Of a DNA stretch of 64,000 nucleotides, positions 1 through 9,690 are shown in pieces; positions within the stretch are counted from its first letter, which is position 1; each line of letters opens with the position of its first letter. A model generated the notes under the pieces. It saw nothing but the letters and a program-made list of their open reading frames with translations. It ran no database searches and was not told the DNA's origin. Position numbers and translations under genes: made by a program. The stretch comes from Candidatus Physcousia equi (GTDB lineage: Bacteria > Bacteroidota > Bacteroidia > Bacteroidales > Bacteroidaceae): contig JAGHUD010000002.1 of the NCBI GenBank assembly GCA_018065005.1, forward strand, positions 987 through 64,986, read 5' to 3'.

Positions 1-326
1 ATGTGCTCCAGATGATCGCCCGTGATTCCAATCACATCAAATCGCGTGTCAAGTTGTATGTTATAACGTCTTATATAGGAATGTGCAGCAAGTGTAAGGT
101 GGTGCTGCTTTCTGAAATCGACTGCTTCAAACGGAGTCGTGATGCTGTTTGCTTTCCTTGTCTTCACTTCGACAAAGACTACAACACGATCCTTAAGAGC
201 AACGATATCAATTTCTTTCCCGCCTCGATTTCTCCAGTTTCTATGCAGGATGGTATAGCCATTCTCAATGAGATATTGGGTAGCCTTCTCTTCACCCATT
301 TTTCCTGTTTCGTTGTGAGCTGCCAT
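1..326 (-). CDS. YraN-family (UPF0102) endonuclease-like protein; C-terminus runs off the window start
   Basis: Absent from the ORF track because there is no stop in the window. The reverse complement from the ATG at 326 reads MAAHNETGKMGEEKATQYLIENGYTILHRNWRNRGGKEIDIVALKDRVVVFVEVKTRKANSITTPFEAVDFRKQHHLTLAAHSYIRRYNIQLDTRFDVIGITGDHLEH. This fits the YraN pattern (GxEID...FVEVKTR...K...RFDVI). The + ORF 3..365 is its shadow. Confidence 0.75.
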   Translation of the reverse strand, partial: MAAHNETGKMGEEKATQYLIENGYTILHRNWRNRGGKEIDIVALKDRVVVFVEVKTRKANSITTPFEAVDFRKQHHLTLAAHSYIRRYNIQLDTRFDVIGITGDHLEH

Positions 327-379
327 AAGGTATATGTTTTGTGTTACAAGTTTCTCGAGATATGACGAAAGTACATTAT

Positions 380-1159
380 TTATACTGTGAGTGTCAGACC
401 ATCGTAGGCAAGATGAAATCCATCGGGCAGTAGCGCGTCTGTCTCAGCATGCAGGCCAGCGTGGTGTGACATGTGGATGAGATATGTTTCTTCTATTGAA
501 GTACCAGATAACGCCTCAAGTCGACGCGTGAAGTCTACGGCCTCTTGTATTCCTTGATGTGTCGGATGCGTTCCTAAGCGCAGCCCATTCACGATAAGCA
601 GCCTAATGCCGTAGAGAAGAGGCAGCTCCTTGTCTTCGATGGTTTTCATGTCTGTTATGTACCCGATATGCCCAATTCGGTAAGCTAAGATAGGCAACTC
701 TCCGTGCATCACTTCAAGTGCCGTGATGGGTATGTCGCCAACAAGGAATTGCTCGTGGGGTTCGATTTCTTTCATAACTAGACGTGGAACGCCCGGATAA
801 CTGTGGCGCACGAGGCAGTAGGGAAGACGTTCGCGGAGATGTTTTGCGGTGTACGGGTTGGCGTATAGGGTTACCTCGGAAGGGAAACTGAAGGGACGCA
901 GGTCATCAATACCTCCTACATGGTCGTAGTGCTCGTGCGTGATGAGACAGGCATCAATGTTTTTTTTCAGGTTGATGCGCAACATTTGTTCACGAAAGTC
1001 GGGGCTGCAGTCGATGAGTAGGGTGGTGTGGTCGGTCTCAAAAAGCGTGGAGCAGCGAAGACGTCTGTCACGAGGGTCTTTGCTTTGACACACCGGACAC
1101 TGGCATCCAATCTGTGGCACGCCTGTCGATGTGCCTGTTCCGAGAAATGTGATTTTCAT
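380..1159 (-). CDS. MBL-fold metallo-hydrolase
   Basis: 259-aa ORF with the HxHxDH motif (THEHYDHVGG). Its start overlaps the uvrA stop by 4 nt, which suggests co-transcription. Confidence 0.85.
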   Translation of the reverse strand: MKITFLGTGTSTGVPQIGCQCPVCQSKDPRDRRLRCSTLFETDHTTLLIDCSPDFREQMLRINLKKNIDACLITHEHYDHVGGIDDLRPFSFPSEVTLYANPYTAKHLRERLPYCLVRHSYPGVPRLVMKEIEPHEQFLVGDIPITALEVMHGELPILAYRIGHIGYITDMKTIEDKELPLLYGIRLLIVNGLRLGTHPTHQGIQEAVDFTRRLEALSGTSIEETYLIHMSHHAGLHAETDALLPDGFHLAYDGLTLTV

Positions 1160-4038
1160 AGTTTCTCCTTAAGGAATTTTGCTGTGTGACTCTTTTCGCA
1201 TGAAGTAATTTCTTCGGGTGTACCGCAACATACAATATTTCCTCCCTTGTCTCCGCCATCGGGACCAAGGTCTATGATGTAGTCGGCACATTTGACTACA
1301 TCGAGGTTATGCTCGATGATGAGCAATGTGTGCCCACGTCTTAACAACGCATCATAGGCATCGAGAAGACGTTTGATGTCGTGGAAGTGAAGACCGGTTG
1401 TGGGTTCGTCGAAGATGAAGATGGTGGGTTCATGCTTTTCCATGCCGAGGTAGTAGGCCAGTTTCACTCGCTGGTTTTCTCCGCCGGAGAGCGTGTTGCT
1501 TGTTTGGCCCAGTTTGATATATCCAAGGCCAACGTCTTGCAGTGGTTTCAATCGAGCCACAATCTTCTTTTTACCCTGCTCAGTGAAGAACTCCATTGCT
1601 TGATTGATGGTCATGTTCAAGATGTCGCCCACATTCTTCCCCTGGTAGCTCACCTCCAATAGGTCGCTCTTAAAGCGGCGACCATGACAGGACGGGCATG
1701 GGAGCATTAGGTCTGCCATAAACTGCATCTCTACCGTGATGGTGCCGTCTCCCTTGCATTCTTCACATCGTCCTCCTTCTGTGTTGAAAGAAAAGTATCC
1801 GGCGGTGTAGCCCATCTGTTTGGATAAAGGTTGCTCGGCAAAGAGTTTGCGTATTTCGTCCCATGCCTTGACATAGGTGACAGGATTGGAACGTGAGGAT
1901 TTGCCAATAGGATTCTGGTCGATGAACTCCACACCGTGCACACTGTTCAGGCACCCATCCAACGAACGAAATTCGCCAGGTCTGTCTGCTACCTCGTCAA
2001 GGTGGCGCTTCATGGCATTGTAGAAGATGTCGCGTACCAGACTCGATTTGCCACTTCCACTCACGCCCGTTACTACAGTCATCACGTTGAGCGGTATCTG
2101 TACGTCGATGCCTTTAAGGTTGTTTGCACGTGCACCACGTATCCATATAGATTGGTTCCAAGGGCGGTGAGAGGTGGGAACCGGTATGCTGTCTTCTCCT
2201 GAAAGGAAACGTTGTGTGTGTGATTCATTCTTTGGGGTGTTTTCCTGATGGCGTTTCTTATTGTGGGATTGAGAGGGGGTGCCAACCCAAACCACTTTAC
2301 CGCCCAATCTACCCGCATCGGGTCCAATGTCGATGATCCAATCTGCTGCACGCATGATTTCTTCGTCATGCTCTACCACTACCACCGTATTGCCTAAGTC
2401 ACGCAGTTGCTTGAGCACCTTGATGAGACGGGCTGTGTCGCGGCTGTGCAGACCGATACTGGGCTCGTCAAGGATATAGAGTGAACCAACCAGACTGCTT
2501 CCGAGTGATGTTGCAAGATTGATGCGTTGACTTTCTCCGCCCGAGAGAGAGTTGGAAAGACGGCTCAGGGTGAGGTATCCCAATCCTACATCAATCAGAA
2601 ACTGCAAACGGCTTCGAATCTCTGTGAGGATGCGGGCAGCAATCTTTTGTTCGTGTTCCGCAAGTTGCGATTCGAGTGTGTCAAACCAAGGTTTCAGATT
2701 AGCAACGGAGCAATTGACCAATTCTGTAATGGTGCGTCCTGCAACCCGGACATAGTTGGCCTCAGGACGAAGCCGCGAACCATGGCATTTCGGACAGGTC
2801 GTTTTGCCACGATAACGAGCGAGCATTACCCTGTTCTGAATCTTGTACTGTCCTTGGCGAAGCATGTCGAAGAACGCATCTATGCACATGAGTCCCCATT
2901 CTCTTTCCTCTCTACTGACGGTCCACTCTTGTGGCACTTGCTCATCCTTTGTGCCACATTGTTCTGTCTTCATCTTTTCTTTGGATGGCGCACCATGCCA
3001 AAGCCAGTCCTTCTCGTCCTGTGAAAGTTCGAAATAGGGCTTATGGATAGGAAAGCCACGTTTGGCGTTGAGATTTATGAACCAGTCTTTCCATTCGCTC
3101 ATTTTCTCACCGCGCCAACAGACAACACAGCCTTGGTAGAGTGAGAGTGAGGAGTCGGGGATGACGAGTTGTTCATCAATGCCCACGATGCGTCCAAAAC
3201 CTTCGCATTCCGGGCAAGCACCCATAGGTGAGTTGAAGGCGAAAAGGTTGTCTGACGGTTCTTCGAAAATAATGCCGTCGGACTCAAAGCGTGTGGAAAA
3301 AACGAATGATTCTTGAGATGGGAAAAAAAGTAAAGAGAGCTCTCCGTTACCTTCAAAGAATGCTGTTTCGCAAGAGTCTACAAGACGCGAGATGGTATCC
3401 TTGCTGTGCCCAACCGACATGCGGTCCACCACCAATTGCAGATCGCCTTCTATGTGGTCGTGTTGGATGATGTCTTCGATCATTTGCACCTCTCCGTTCA
3501 TAAGAATACGGGTGAATCCCTTTTGGAGGTCCATCGCCAACTGCTCCTTGAGCGTGCGGTCTTGTTGGCGTCTTACGGGACAAAGAACAAGGAATCTCAT
3601 CCCTTCTTCGTGCTTCAGAACCTCCTGAACGACATCCTCTGTGCTGTGTTTCTTGACCTCCTTGCCGCTGATGGGAGAAAATGTGTGACCTACACGAGCG
3701 AACAGTAATCGCAAGTATTCGTAGATCTCTGTTGAGGTACCCACGGTGCTACGCGGATTTCGACTCGTGACTTTTTGCTCGATAGCTATGGCGGGTGGTA
3801 TGCCCTTGATGAAATCGCATTCAGGCTTGCTCATACGACCAAGGAACATTCGGGCGTATGAACTCAGACTTTCAACGTATCGGCGTTGTCCTTCGGCGTA
3901 GAGGGTGTCGAAAGCGAGGCTCGACTTACCGCTTCCGCTCACGCCTGTGATGACTACGAGCTTGTCTCGCGGTATCTCGACGTCGATATTTTTTAGGTTG
4001 TTCACCCTTGCTCCTTTTATCTGAATGCAGTCTTCCAT
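1156..4038 (-). CDS. uvrA: excinuclease ABC subunit A
   Basis: 960 aa. Two Walker A sites (GVSGSGKSS twice), two ABC signatures ([16 protein letters not shown]) and Cys-rich zinc modules ([16 protein letters not shown]...CPSCHGRR). Confidence 0.9.
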   Translation of the reverse strand: MEDCIQIKGARVNNLKNIDVEIPRDKLVVITGVSGSGKSSLAFDTLYAEGQRRYVESLSSYARMFLGRMSKPECDFIKGIPPAIAIEQKVTSRNPRSTVGTSTEIYEYLRLLFARVGHTFSPISGKEVKKHSTEDVVQEVLKHEEGMRFLVLCPVRRQQDRTLKEQLAMDLQKGFTRILMNGEVQMIEDIIQHDHIEGDLQLVVDRMSVGHSKDTISRLVDSCETAFFEGNGELSLLFFPSQESFVFSTRFESDGIIFEEPSDNLFAFNSPMGACPECEGFGRIVGIDEQLVIPDSSLSLYQGCVVCWRGEKMSEWKDWFINLNAKRGFPIHKPYFELSQDEKDWLWHGAPSKEKMKTEQCGTKDEQVPQEWTVSREEREWGLMCIDAFFDMLRQGQYKIQNRVMLARYRGKTTCPKCHGSRLRPEANYVRVAGRTITELVNCSVANLKPWFDTLESQLAEHEQKIAARILTEIRSRLQFLIDVGLGYLTLSRLSNSLSGGESQRINLATSLGSSLVGSLYILDEPSIGLHSRDTARLIKVLKQLRDLGNTVVVVEHDEEIMRAADWIIDIGPDAGRLGGKVVWVGTPSQSHNKKRHQENTPKNESHTQRFLSGEDSIPVPTSHRPWNQSIWIRGARANNLKGIDVQIPLNVMTVVTGVSGSGKSSLVRDIFYNAMKRHLDEVADRPGEFRSLDGCLNSVHGVEFIDQNPIGKSSRSNPVTYVKAWDEIRKLFAEQPLSKQMGYTAGYFSFNTEGGRCEECKGDGTITVEMQFMADLMLPCPSCHGRRFKSDLLEVSYQGKNVGDILNMTINQAMEFFTEQGKKKIVARLKPLQDVGLGYIKLGQTSNTLSGGENQRVKLAYYLGMEKHEPTIFIFDEPTTGLHFHDIKRLLDAYDALLRRGHTLLIIEHNLDVVKCADYIIDLGPDGGDKGGNIVCCGTPEEITSCEKSHTAKFLKEKL

Positions 4039-4058
4039 TTTCTCTGTTTATTGATATG

Positions 4059-4066
4059 CAAAAGTA
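4059..4066 (-). promoter_or_regulatory. candidate -7 box (TACTTTTG on the minus strand) for uvrA
   Basis: CAAAAGTA on + is TAnnTTTG on -, 21 nt upstream of the uvrA ATG (4038). Confidence 0.45.
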
Positions 4067-4129
4067 TAAAAAAAAGGATGAAGTGCCAAATTTTGCATAC
4101 AAAGTTTTGCCCGAATGAAAAGATTTAAT

Positions 4130-4137
4130 TATTTTTG
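4130..4137 (+). promoter_or_regulatory. candidate -7 box TATTTTTG for the GHL10-like gene
   Basis: Exact TAnnTTTG match 16 nt upstream of the ATG at 4153. It overlaps the track's TTG start at 4135, which argues for 4153 as the true start. Confidence 0.5.
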
Positions 4138-4152
4138 CAAAAAATACAAAGT

Positions 4153-5673
4153 ATGAGAAAAGCCTTATATACCATCCTTTTTGCTCTTTTTCTTACTGTT
4201 TCTCTTTCTGCTTCTGCACAAAATCCTAAGCGGGAGTTTCGTGGAGCGTGGATTCAGTGTGTCAATAACCAATTTAATGGTGTTGGCTGTGATGCCATGC
4301 AACAAACACTCATGCATCAGCTCAACGAACTCCAGCAAACGGGAATCAATGCGATTATGTTTCAAGTACGAGCCGAGGCAGATGCGCTCTATCAAAGCTC
4401 ATATGAACCATGGAGCCGCTATCTGACTGGACAGCAGGGACGAGCGCCAGAACCTTATTGGGATCCTTTGCAATGGATGGTAGAACAGTGTCATTTGCGT
4501 GGTATGGAACTGCACGCTTGGATTAACCCATATCGTGCTAAGACGAAAGGTACTACAGCACTTGCCAATACACATCCTTATTTTCAGCATCCAGAATGGT
4601 TCATATCATACGATGGTTTGTTGCTTTTTGATCCTGGAGTGCCACAGAATAGAACTTATATTTGCCAAGTCGCTTGCGACATTGTGCGTCGCTATGATGT
4701 TGACGGTCTTCATATTGATGATTATTTCTATCCTTATCCCGTGGCAGGAGTACCTATCGCAGATGATGCTTCTTATGCACAGTATGGGGAGGGCATGAAC
4801 CGTCAGGATTGGCGTCGCCACAATGTGAATCTCTTTATTCGCGATCTCCATGACAGCATTCAAGCGGTGAAACCGTGGGTGAAGTTCAGTGTTTCACCTT
4901 TTGGTATCTATCGCAACCAGAAGAGTGACCCGAATGGGTCTGCCACTCATGGCTTGCAAAACTACGATGACCTTTATGCAGATGTATTGCTGTGGGTGCG
5001 TGAAGGGTGGATAGACCTTAATATACCTCAGGTGTATTGGGAGATTGGTAACAAGGCTGCAGACTACGATACGCTGCTGCGTTGGTGGAGCAGAAATGCC
5101 ACCAATCGTCCGCTTATTATCGGACAGGATGTGGAGCGAACGGTAAAATACCCCGACACACAAAATCCGCAATCGCATCAAATTTACCAGAAATATAATC
5201 TCCAACGCACCCTTCCCGGTATTCAGGGATCTTGTCAGTGGTATGCCAAGGCTTGTGTTGATAATCCACAGAATTACGCTACAGTACTGCGTAAGTACTA
5301 CCACCGTACTCCTGCTCTGCAGCCTCTCATGCCTTGGATAGATAAGAAGGCGCCAGGCAAAGTGAAATCGCTCAAGCCCATAACGATAGATGGGCAACGA
5401 ATCCTCTTTTGGACAGCTCCTAAGGTGAAGGGTAAAGGCAAGGGGTATGCTCGCTATGTTTCCGAAGAACTGAATCGGGCTGTTTCATATGTAGTGTACA
5501 GGTTTCCTAAAGGCGTGAAGGTGAATGTTGAGGATGCAAACTACATCTATGCCATCACGCGCAACACCTTTGTTTCCCTTCCTCAATCCGATGGCACGGA
5601 ATACACGTATGCTGTAGCAGCGCTTGACCGTCTGCACAACGAGTCGAAAGCAGTGAAGAAGAAAATTGAGTAA
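4153..5673 (+). CDS. glycoside hydrolase-like 10 (GHL10/DUF187, YngK-type) family protein, secreted
   Basis: Signal peptide MRKALYTILFALFLTVSLSASAQ. Conserved REFRGAWI...NAIMFQVR...YEPWS...GMELHAWINPYR blocks are typical of GHL10. Paralogue at 32188..34026. Confidence 0.8.
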   Translation: MRKALYTILFALFLTVSLSASAQNPKREFRGAWIQCVNNQFNGVGCDAMQQTLMHQLNELQQTGINAIMFQVRAEADALYQSSYEPWSRYLTGQQGRAPEPYWDPLQWMVEQCHLRGMELHAWINPYRAKTKGTTALANTHPYFQHPEWFISYDGLLLFDPGVPQNRTYICQVACDIVRRYDVDGLHIDDYFYPYPVAGVPIADDASYAQYGEGMNRQDWRRHNVNLFIRDLHDSIQAVKPWVKFSVSPFGIYRNQKSDPNGSATHGLQNYDDLYADVLLWVREGWIDLNIPQVYWEIGNKAADYDTLLRWWSRNATNRPLIIGQDVERTVKYPDTQNPQSHQIYQKYNLQRTLPGIQGSCQWYAKACVDNPQNYATVLRKYYHRTPALQPLMPWIDKKAPGKVKSLKPITIDGQRILFWTAPKVKGKGKGYARYVSEELNRAVSYVVYRFPKGVKVNVEDANYIYAITRNTFVSLPQSDGTEYTYAVAALDRLHNESKAVKKKIE

Positions 5674-5688
5674 GAATTGTCTCTACCC

Positions 5689-6714
5689 ATGATTAATAAA
5701 GAACTACTCAACAAAGCGCATCTGGATAATCTGCTCGAATATTGCGAGCAGGTGCCTTACGATGTGCTGCGCACAGAACTCTACCATCCAGGTGAACTCT
5801 TTGAATGTTATGAGGAGAGTGATCCGTCGTCTTTCTGTCGCTGCTACGATACCCGTGTCTATAATCATCTTTGTCAGACTGGGAGAAATAATTTAGAGGT
5901 GCTCGAAAGTGCAACGCGCAATTGGCATGATTATACCATACGTCAAGCTCTTGCCCGATTTATGGGCGACTATCGCCAACATCACGTGGTGGGAATCATG
6001 GGAGGTCATCAACTGTTGCGCAACGATGCTCCTTATCGCCAAGTGGTAGAAATAGCTAAAACACTCACGGAACAAGGATTTCTCATGCTCAGTGGTGGCG
6101 GACCCGGTGCCATGGAAGCCACACACTTGGGGGCATGGTTGGCTGGTCGTGACCAGCGTGAGGTAGACGAAGCCATCGAAATACTTTCACGTGCACCGAG
6201 TTTTCAGGATGATGGATGGTTTGCTCGTGCATATGAAGTGACAGAAAAGTTTCCGCTTCTTCCATATGAACATTGCGGACCTGACGATACGACAGTCTAT
6301 TCACACTACAAGAGCCTTGCCATTCCTACTTGGTTCTATGGCCATGAGCCTCCCACGGTTTTTGCTACAGACATAGCTAAGTTCTTTGATAATAGCCAGC
6401 GTGAAGATCTTATTTTGACCGAATCCTATGGCGGACTTATCTTCATGCCTGGTTCGGCTGGCACCTTGCAAGAGATTTTTCAGGAGTGTGTTCAAAACCA
6501 CTATGTCACATTAGGATATGCAAGTCCCATGGTCTTTGTCGGACGCAAGTTTTGGACGGAAGAAATTCCGGTGTATCCATTTCTCGAAACTATGGAGAAG
6601 ACAGGTCGCTACAAAAACCTGCTTCTTTATCTCACTGACAGCACAGATGATGCCATTCGAGCCATCATGGAATTCAACAATTCATTTAAGGAGAACCATA
6701 AAAAAAATGAATAA
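5689..6714 (+). CDS. LOG-family / TIGR00730-type Rossmann-fold protein (nucleotide 5'-monophosphate nucleosidase-like)
   Basis: GGGPGAMEA and PGSAGTLQE motifs. ATG at 5689 is preferred over the track's TTG at 5677. Confidence 0.75.
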   Translation: MINKELLNKAHLDNLLEYCEQVPYDVLRTELYHPGELFECYEESDPSSFCRCYDTRVYNHLCQTGRNNLEVLESATRNWHDYTIRQALARFMGDYRQHHVVGIMGGHQLLRNDAPYRQVVEIAKTLTEQGFLMLSGGGPGAMEATHLGAWLAGRDQREVDEAIEILSRAPSFQDDGWFARAYEVTEKFPLLPYEHCGPDDTTVYSHYKSLAIPTWFYGHEPPTVFATDIAKFFDNSQREDLILTESYGGLIFMPGSAGTLQEIFQECVQNHYVTLGYASPMVFVGRKFWTEEIPVYPFLETMEKTGRYKNLLLYLTDSTDDAIRAIMEFNNSFKENHKKNE

Positions 6715-7279
6715 GACAACCGTTTCATTCTTGTTGTTTTGTGCCATCGCATGCAGTTCTTGCGGCGGAGAAAAACAAGAGGAAAAGACAAGAGAAGAGA
6801 AAGAGCAAGAATATGTGCAGCGGGAACAGGATGAACGTAATGAACTAATCCGTTTTGCCAACACACACTTTACTGATTCTTGTACCTACAAGGGGCATCG
6901 CTATTGCTTTACCATCGACCGCCAGGCGAGCGACTCGCTGGGCATCATAACTGACGCAGATGGTTTCCGCACAGTCAATAACAGTATTGCGCTCACCGTC
7001 AGTTGTGATGGCACAAGAATCTTTTCGCATGTCTATACCCGTGGAGCCTTTAAGATAGGTATCAACGACAAGGACTTCTCTCACTATGTGCTTATGAACA
7101 TGGTGTTCGATCGCATGACACCAGTAGGACCTCGTTTTGCGGTTACTGTTGGTGTAGGTTCTGCTGATGATAATTATGTGCAATTTGCCCTCACGGTAGC
7201 TCCAGATGGAACGACCAACATAGTTCCACGTGAGGTGTATGAAGAGGATGAAATCGATAGATTCGAGGAACTGGTATAG
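6707..7279 (+). CDS. hypothetical lipoprotein
   Basis: The in-frame ATG at 6707 gives MNKTTVSFLLFCAIACSSCGG (lipobox with Cys). The track's upstream extension (6518) overlaps the LOG gene. The start overlaps the LOG stop (ATGAATAA). Confidence 0.6.
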   Translation: MNKTTVSFLLFCAIACSSCGGEKQEEKTREEKEQEYVQREQDERNELIRFANTHFTDSCTYKGHRYCFTIDRQASDSLGIITDADGFRTVNNSIALTVSCDGTRIFSHVYTRGAFKIGINDKDFSHYVLMNMVFDRMTPVGPRFAVTVGVGSADDNYVQFALTVAPDGTTNIVPREVYEEDEIDRFEELV

Positions 7280-7353
7280 TCACAGAACAAGAAGTGTGAT
7301 GACAAATTCACTTGCTTAAATGGAATAAATAATATTGAACACTTACTTACGAC

Positions 7354-8409
7354 ATGGAAATATCAGAAATTGGTGAGTTCGGGCTCATCAAACGACTCAC
7401 ACAAAGCATCAAGATAAAGAATGAGAGCACACTAAAAGGTGTTGGCGACGATTGTGCCGTGGTACAGTATGCAGCGGGCAACCGTACACTGATCACCACA
7501 GATATGCTCATGGAGGGCGTGCATTTCGATCTTGTCTATACGCCCATGAAACATTTGGGCTACAAGAGCGTCATGGTCAACCTCAGTGATATCTATGCGA
7601 TGAATGGTACCCCTCGCCAGATAACCGTTAGTCTGGCAATTGGTAAACGCTTCAAGGTGGAAGATCTTGAGGACTTCTATGCCGGTGCTCTTCTTGCTTG
7701 TGAGGAGCATGGCGTGGATCTTGTCGGAGGCGACACAACGTCCTCGCTCACGGGCCTTGCCATTAGCATCACGGCCTTGGGTGAAGTGCGTCCAGAAGAT
7801 GTGGTGGGGCGTGATGGTGCCAAGGAGACTGATGTGATATGCGTGAGCGGTAATCTTGGAGCTGCCTATATGGGCTTACAACTTTTTGAGCGCGAGAAAT
7901 CGGTTTATTACGATCAGCTTCTCAAGGAAAAAGATCCATCCAAGGTGGAGTTCCAACCCGACTTTAGCGGGCGCGAATATCTGCTTGAGCGTTTTCTGAA
8001 ACCAGAAGCCCGGCGTGACATCACCATGCGTTTGGCAGAAGCTGGCATCCGTCCCACGTCAATGATAGATATTTCCGACGGCTTGTCAAGCGAACTCATG
8101 CACATCTGCGAGCAGAGTGGTGTAGGGTGTAGGCTCTATGAGGAACGTATACCGCTCGACTACCAAACTGCAGCTGCAGCAGAGGAGTTTAATCTTAATG
8201 TAACGACATGTGCGCTCAATGGTGGCGAGGATTATGAATTGCTCTTCACTGTTCCTTTGACAGATCATGATGCGGTGAGTCAATTAGAGGACGTGCGGGT
8301 CATTGGTTACATCACCGCTGCCTCAGAAGGCAAGAAACTTGTTTGTCGCGACCAAAGCGAGTTTGAACTAAAGGCTCAGGGTTGGAACCCACTCGCAAAT
8401 CAAGACTAA
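7354..8409 (+). CDS. thiL: thiamine-monophosphate kinase
   Basis: 351 aa with an AIR-synthase-like fold. Motifs GDDCAV, TTDMLMEGVHF and GGDT. Confidence 0.85.
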   Translation: MEISEIGEFGLIKRLTQSIKIKNESTLKGVGDDCAVVQYAAGNRTLITTDMLMEGVHFDLVYTPMKHLGYKSVMVNLSDIYAMNGTPRQITVSLAIGKRFKVEDLEDFYAGALLACEEHGVDLVGGDTTSSLTGLAISITALGEVRPEDVVGRDGAKETDVICVSGNLGAAYMGLQLFEREKSVYYDQLLKEKDPSKVEFQPDFSGREYLLERFLKPEARRDITMRLAEAGIRPTSMIDISDGLSSELMHICEQSGVGCRLYEERIPLDYQTAAAAEEFNLNVTTCALNGGEDYELLFTVPLTDHDAVSQLEDVRVIGYITAASEGKKLVCRDQSEFELKAQGWNPLANQD

Positions 8410-8416
8410 ACAAATC

Positions 8417-9367
8417 ATGTGGCAGCAGGAGAAGAAGGCACTCATACGGCTTCAGCTCATCATAGCTGTTGCCATATCGTTGGCGTTGATATGTTTCTTG
8501 CTGAAGAGAAACAAAGGAGACGGTAACACTGTGCAGACACAAGCGTTGGGCGGAAATAAAGCGAACGCAGAAGTGGTTCGTGTGTCGTTGTCCTCACCTT
8601 TCGATCCCAATACGGCTGATAGTGTCACGCTGGTTGGTGTAGGATTGTCTCCCCAGCAGGCGCGTAGTCTTATTCACTGGCGCAACAAAGGAAAAGTCTT
8701 TTCGCGCAAGGAAGACTTCAAATCACTCAATGGATTAACCGTTGAACAGTGGGAGCACATCGAACCCCTCATCACCATCGACCGCCGTTTTCAACTCCTA
8801 TCGGACGTAGAGGATGTTTATGATGGGGCATCAAGTACCGTGCACAACTATCCTCCAAGGCAGAGTAGAAGCACAAATCGGCATACCTTAAATCAAGATA
8901 GTGCACACGACCATAATGGAGCAATCACCTCAACATCTCCATTCTATCGTATGCCTCGCACGCCAAAAGTTAAACAGGGAGAAACCATTGATCTTTCCGT
9001 TTGCGATACAGCGAAACTGCAGATGATACCAGGCATCGGTTCTTACTATGCGAGGCGCATTGCTGAGTATGAAGAGCGGCTTGGAGGTTATTCCTCGCTG
9101 GACCAACTCGGCGACCTCGACTTCTTGCCCCCCGGAATTGAACAATATATGACGCTGCATCACCCGAACATACGGCCATTACGTATCAATCACCTTGGCG
9201 TGCGAGAACTCACTCATCACCCTTATATCTCCTATGCCCAAGCTAAAGCCATTGCCAATCGGGTGCGTGTGGTTGGACCTTTCCGCTCGTGGGACGAGAT
9301 TCTCTTCCTTTCTGATTTCAACGAAGACGACCAAGTTCGGCTTTCTCCCTATATAAGTTTTAATTGA
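8417..9367 (+). CDS. membrane-anchored helix-hairpin-helix (ComEA-like) DNA-binding protein
   Basis: N-terminal TM helix. Two HhH-like segments (NTADSVTLVGVGLSPQQARSLI; LQMIPGIGSYYARRIAEY). Confidence 0.65.
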   Translation: MWQQEKKALIRLQLIIAVAISLALICFLLKRNKGDGNTVQTQALGGNKANAEVVRVSLSSPFDPNTADSVTLVGVGLSPQQARSLIHWRNKGKVFSRKEDFKSLNGLTVEQWEHIEPLITIDRRFQLLSDVEDVYDGASSTVHNYPPRQSRSTNRHTLNQDSAHDHNGAITSTSPFYRMPRTPKVKQGETIDLSVCDTAKLQMIPGIGSYYARRIAEYEERLGGYSSLDQLGDLDFLPPGIEQYMTLHHPNIRPLRINHLGVRELTHHPYISYAQAKAIANRVRVVGPFRSWDEILFLSDFNEDDQVRLSPYISFN

Positions 9368-9384
9368 ATAAGATCAAATATTTT

Positions 9385-9690
9385 ATGGTAAAGCACATCA
9401 TCCTTTGGACGCTCAATCCAGACTATTCTGAGCAAGAAAAAAACGATATAAAGCAACGCATCAAGGAGGGATTGGAGGCCCTCGTTGGTCAGGTTCCCGG
9501 GCTCACAGCATGTAAGGTACATATCGATGGGCGTCTCGCAACTTCCAATTGTGACTTAATGCTCGACAGTACGTTAGAGTCTGCCGAAGCCCTTGCTGGC
9601 TATGCCAAGCATCCGGCTCATGTGGCAGTCGCCGACAGCATAGTACGCCCCCATACCGTTCAGCGTGTCTGTCTTGACTTTGCGTTTTAA
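9385..9690 (+). CDS. Dabb (stress-responsive alpha/beta barrel) family protein
   Basis: MVKHIILWTL... with a C-terminal HPAHVAV motif, about 100 aa. ATG at 9385 is preferred to the TTG at 9364. Confidence 0.75.
   Translation: MVKHIILWTLNPDYSEQEKNDIKQRIKEGLEALVGQVPGLTACKVHIDGRLATSNCDLMLDSTLESAEALAGYAKHPAHVAVADSIVRPHTVQRVCLDFAF

Noticed and set aside
3-365. 120-aa plus-strand ORF at the window start
   Set aside because: The opposite strand encodes a clean YraN-family sequence starting at 326. The plus-strand product has no features and is Cys/Phe-rich.
9687-9690. Convergent Dabb and SNF2 genes share overlapping stop codons in TTAA
   Set aside because: The observation is real, but it is a trivial consequence of tight packing. 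It only implies that no terminator lies between the two genes.
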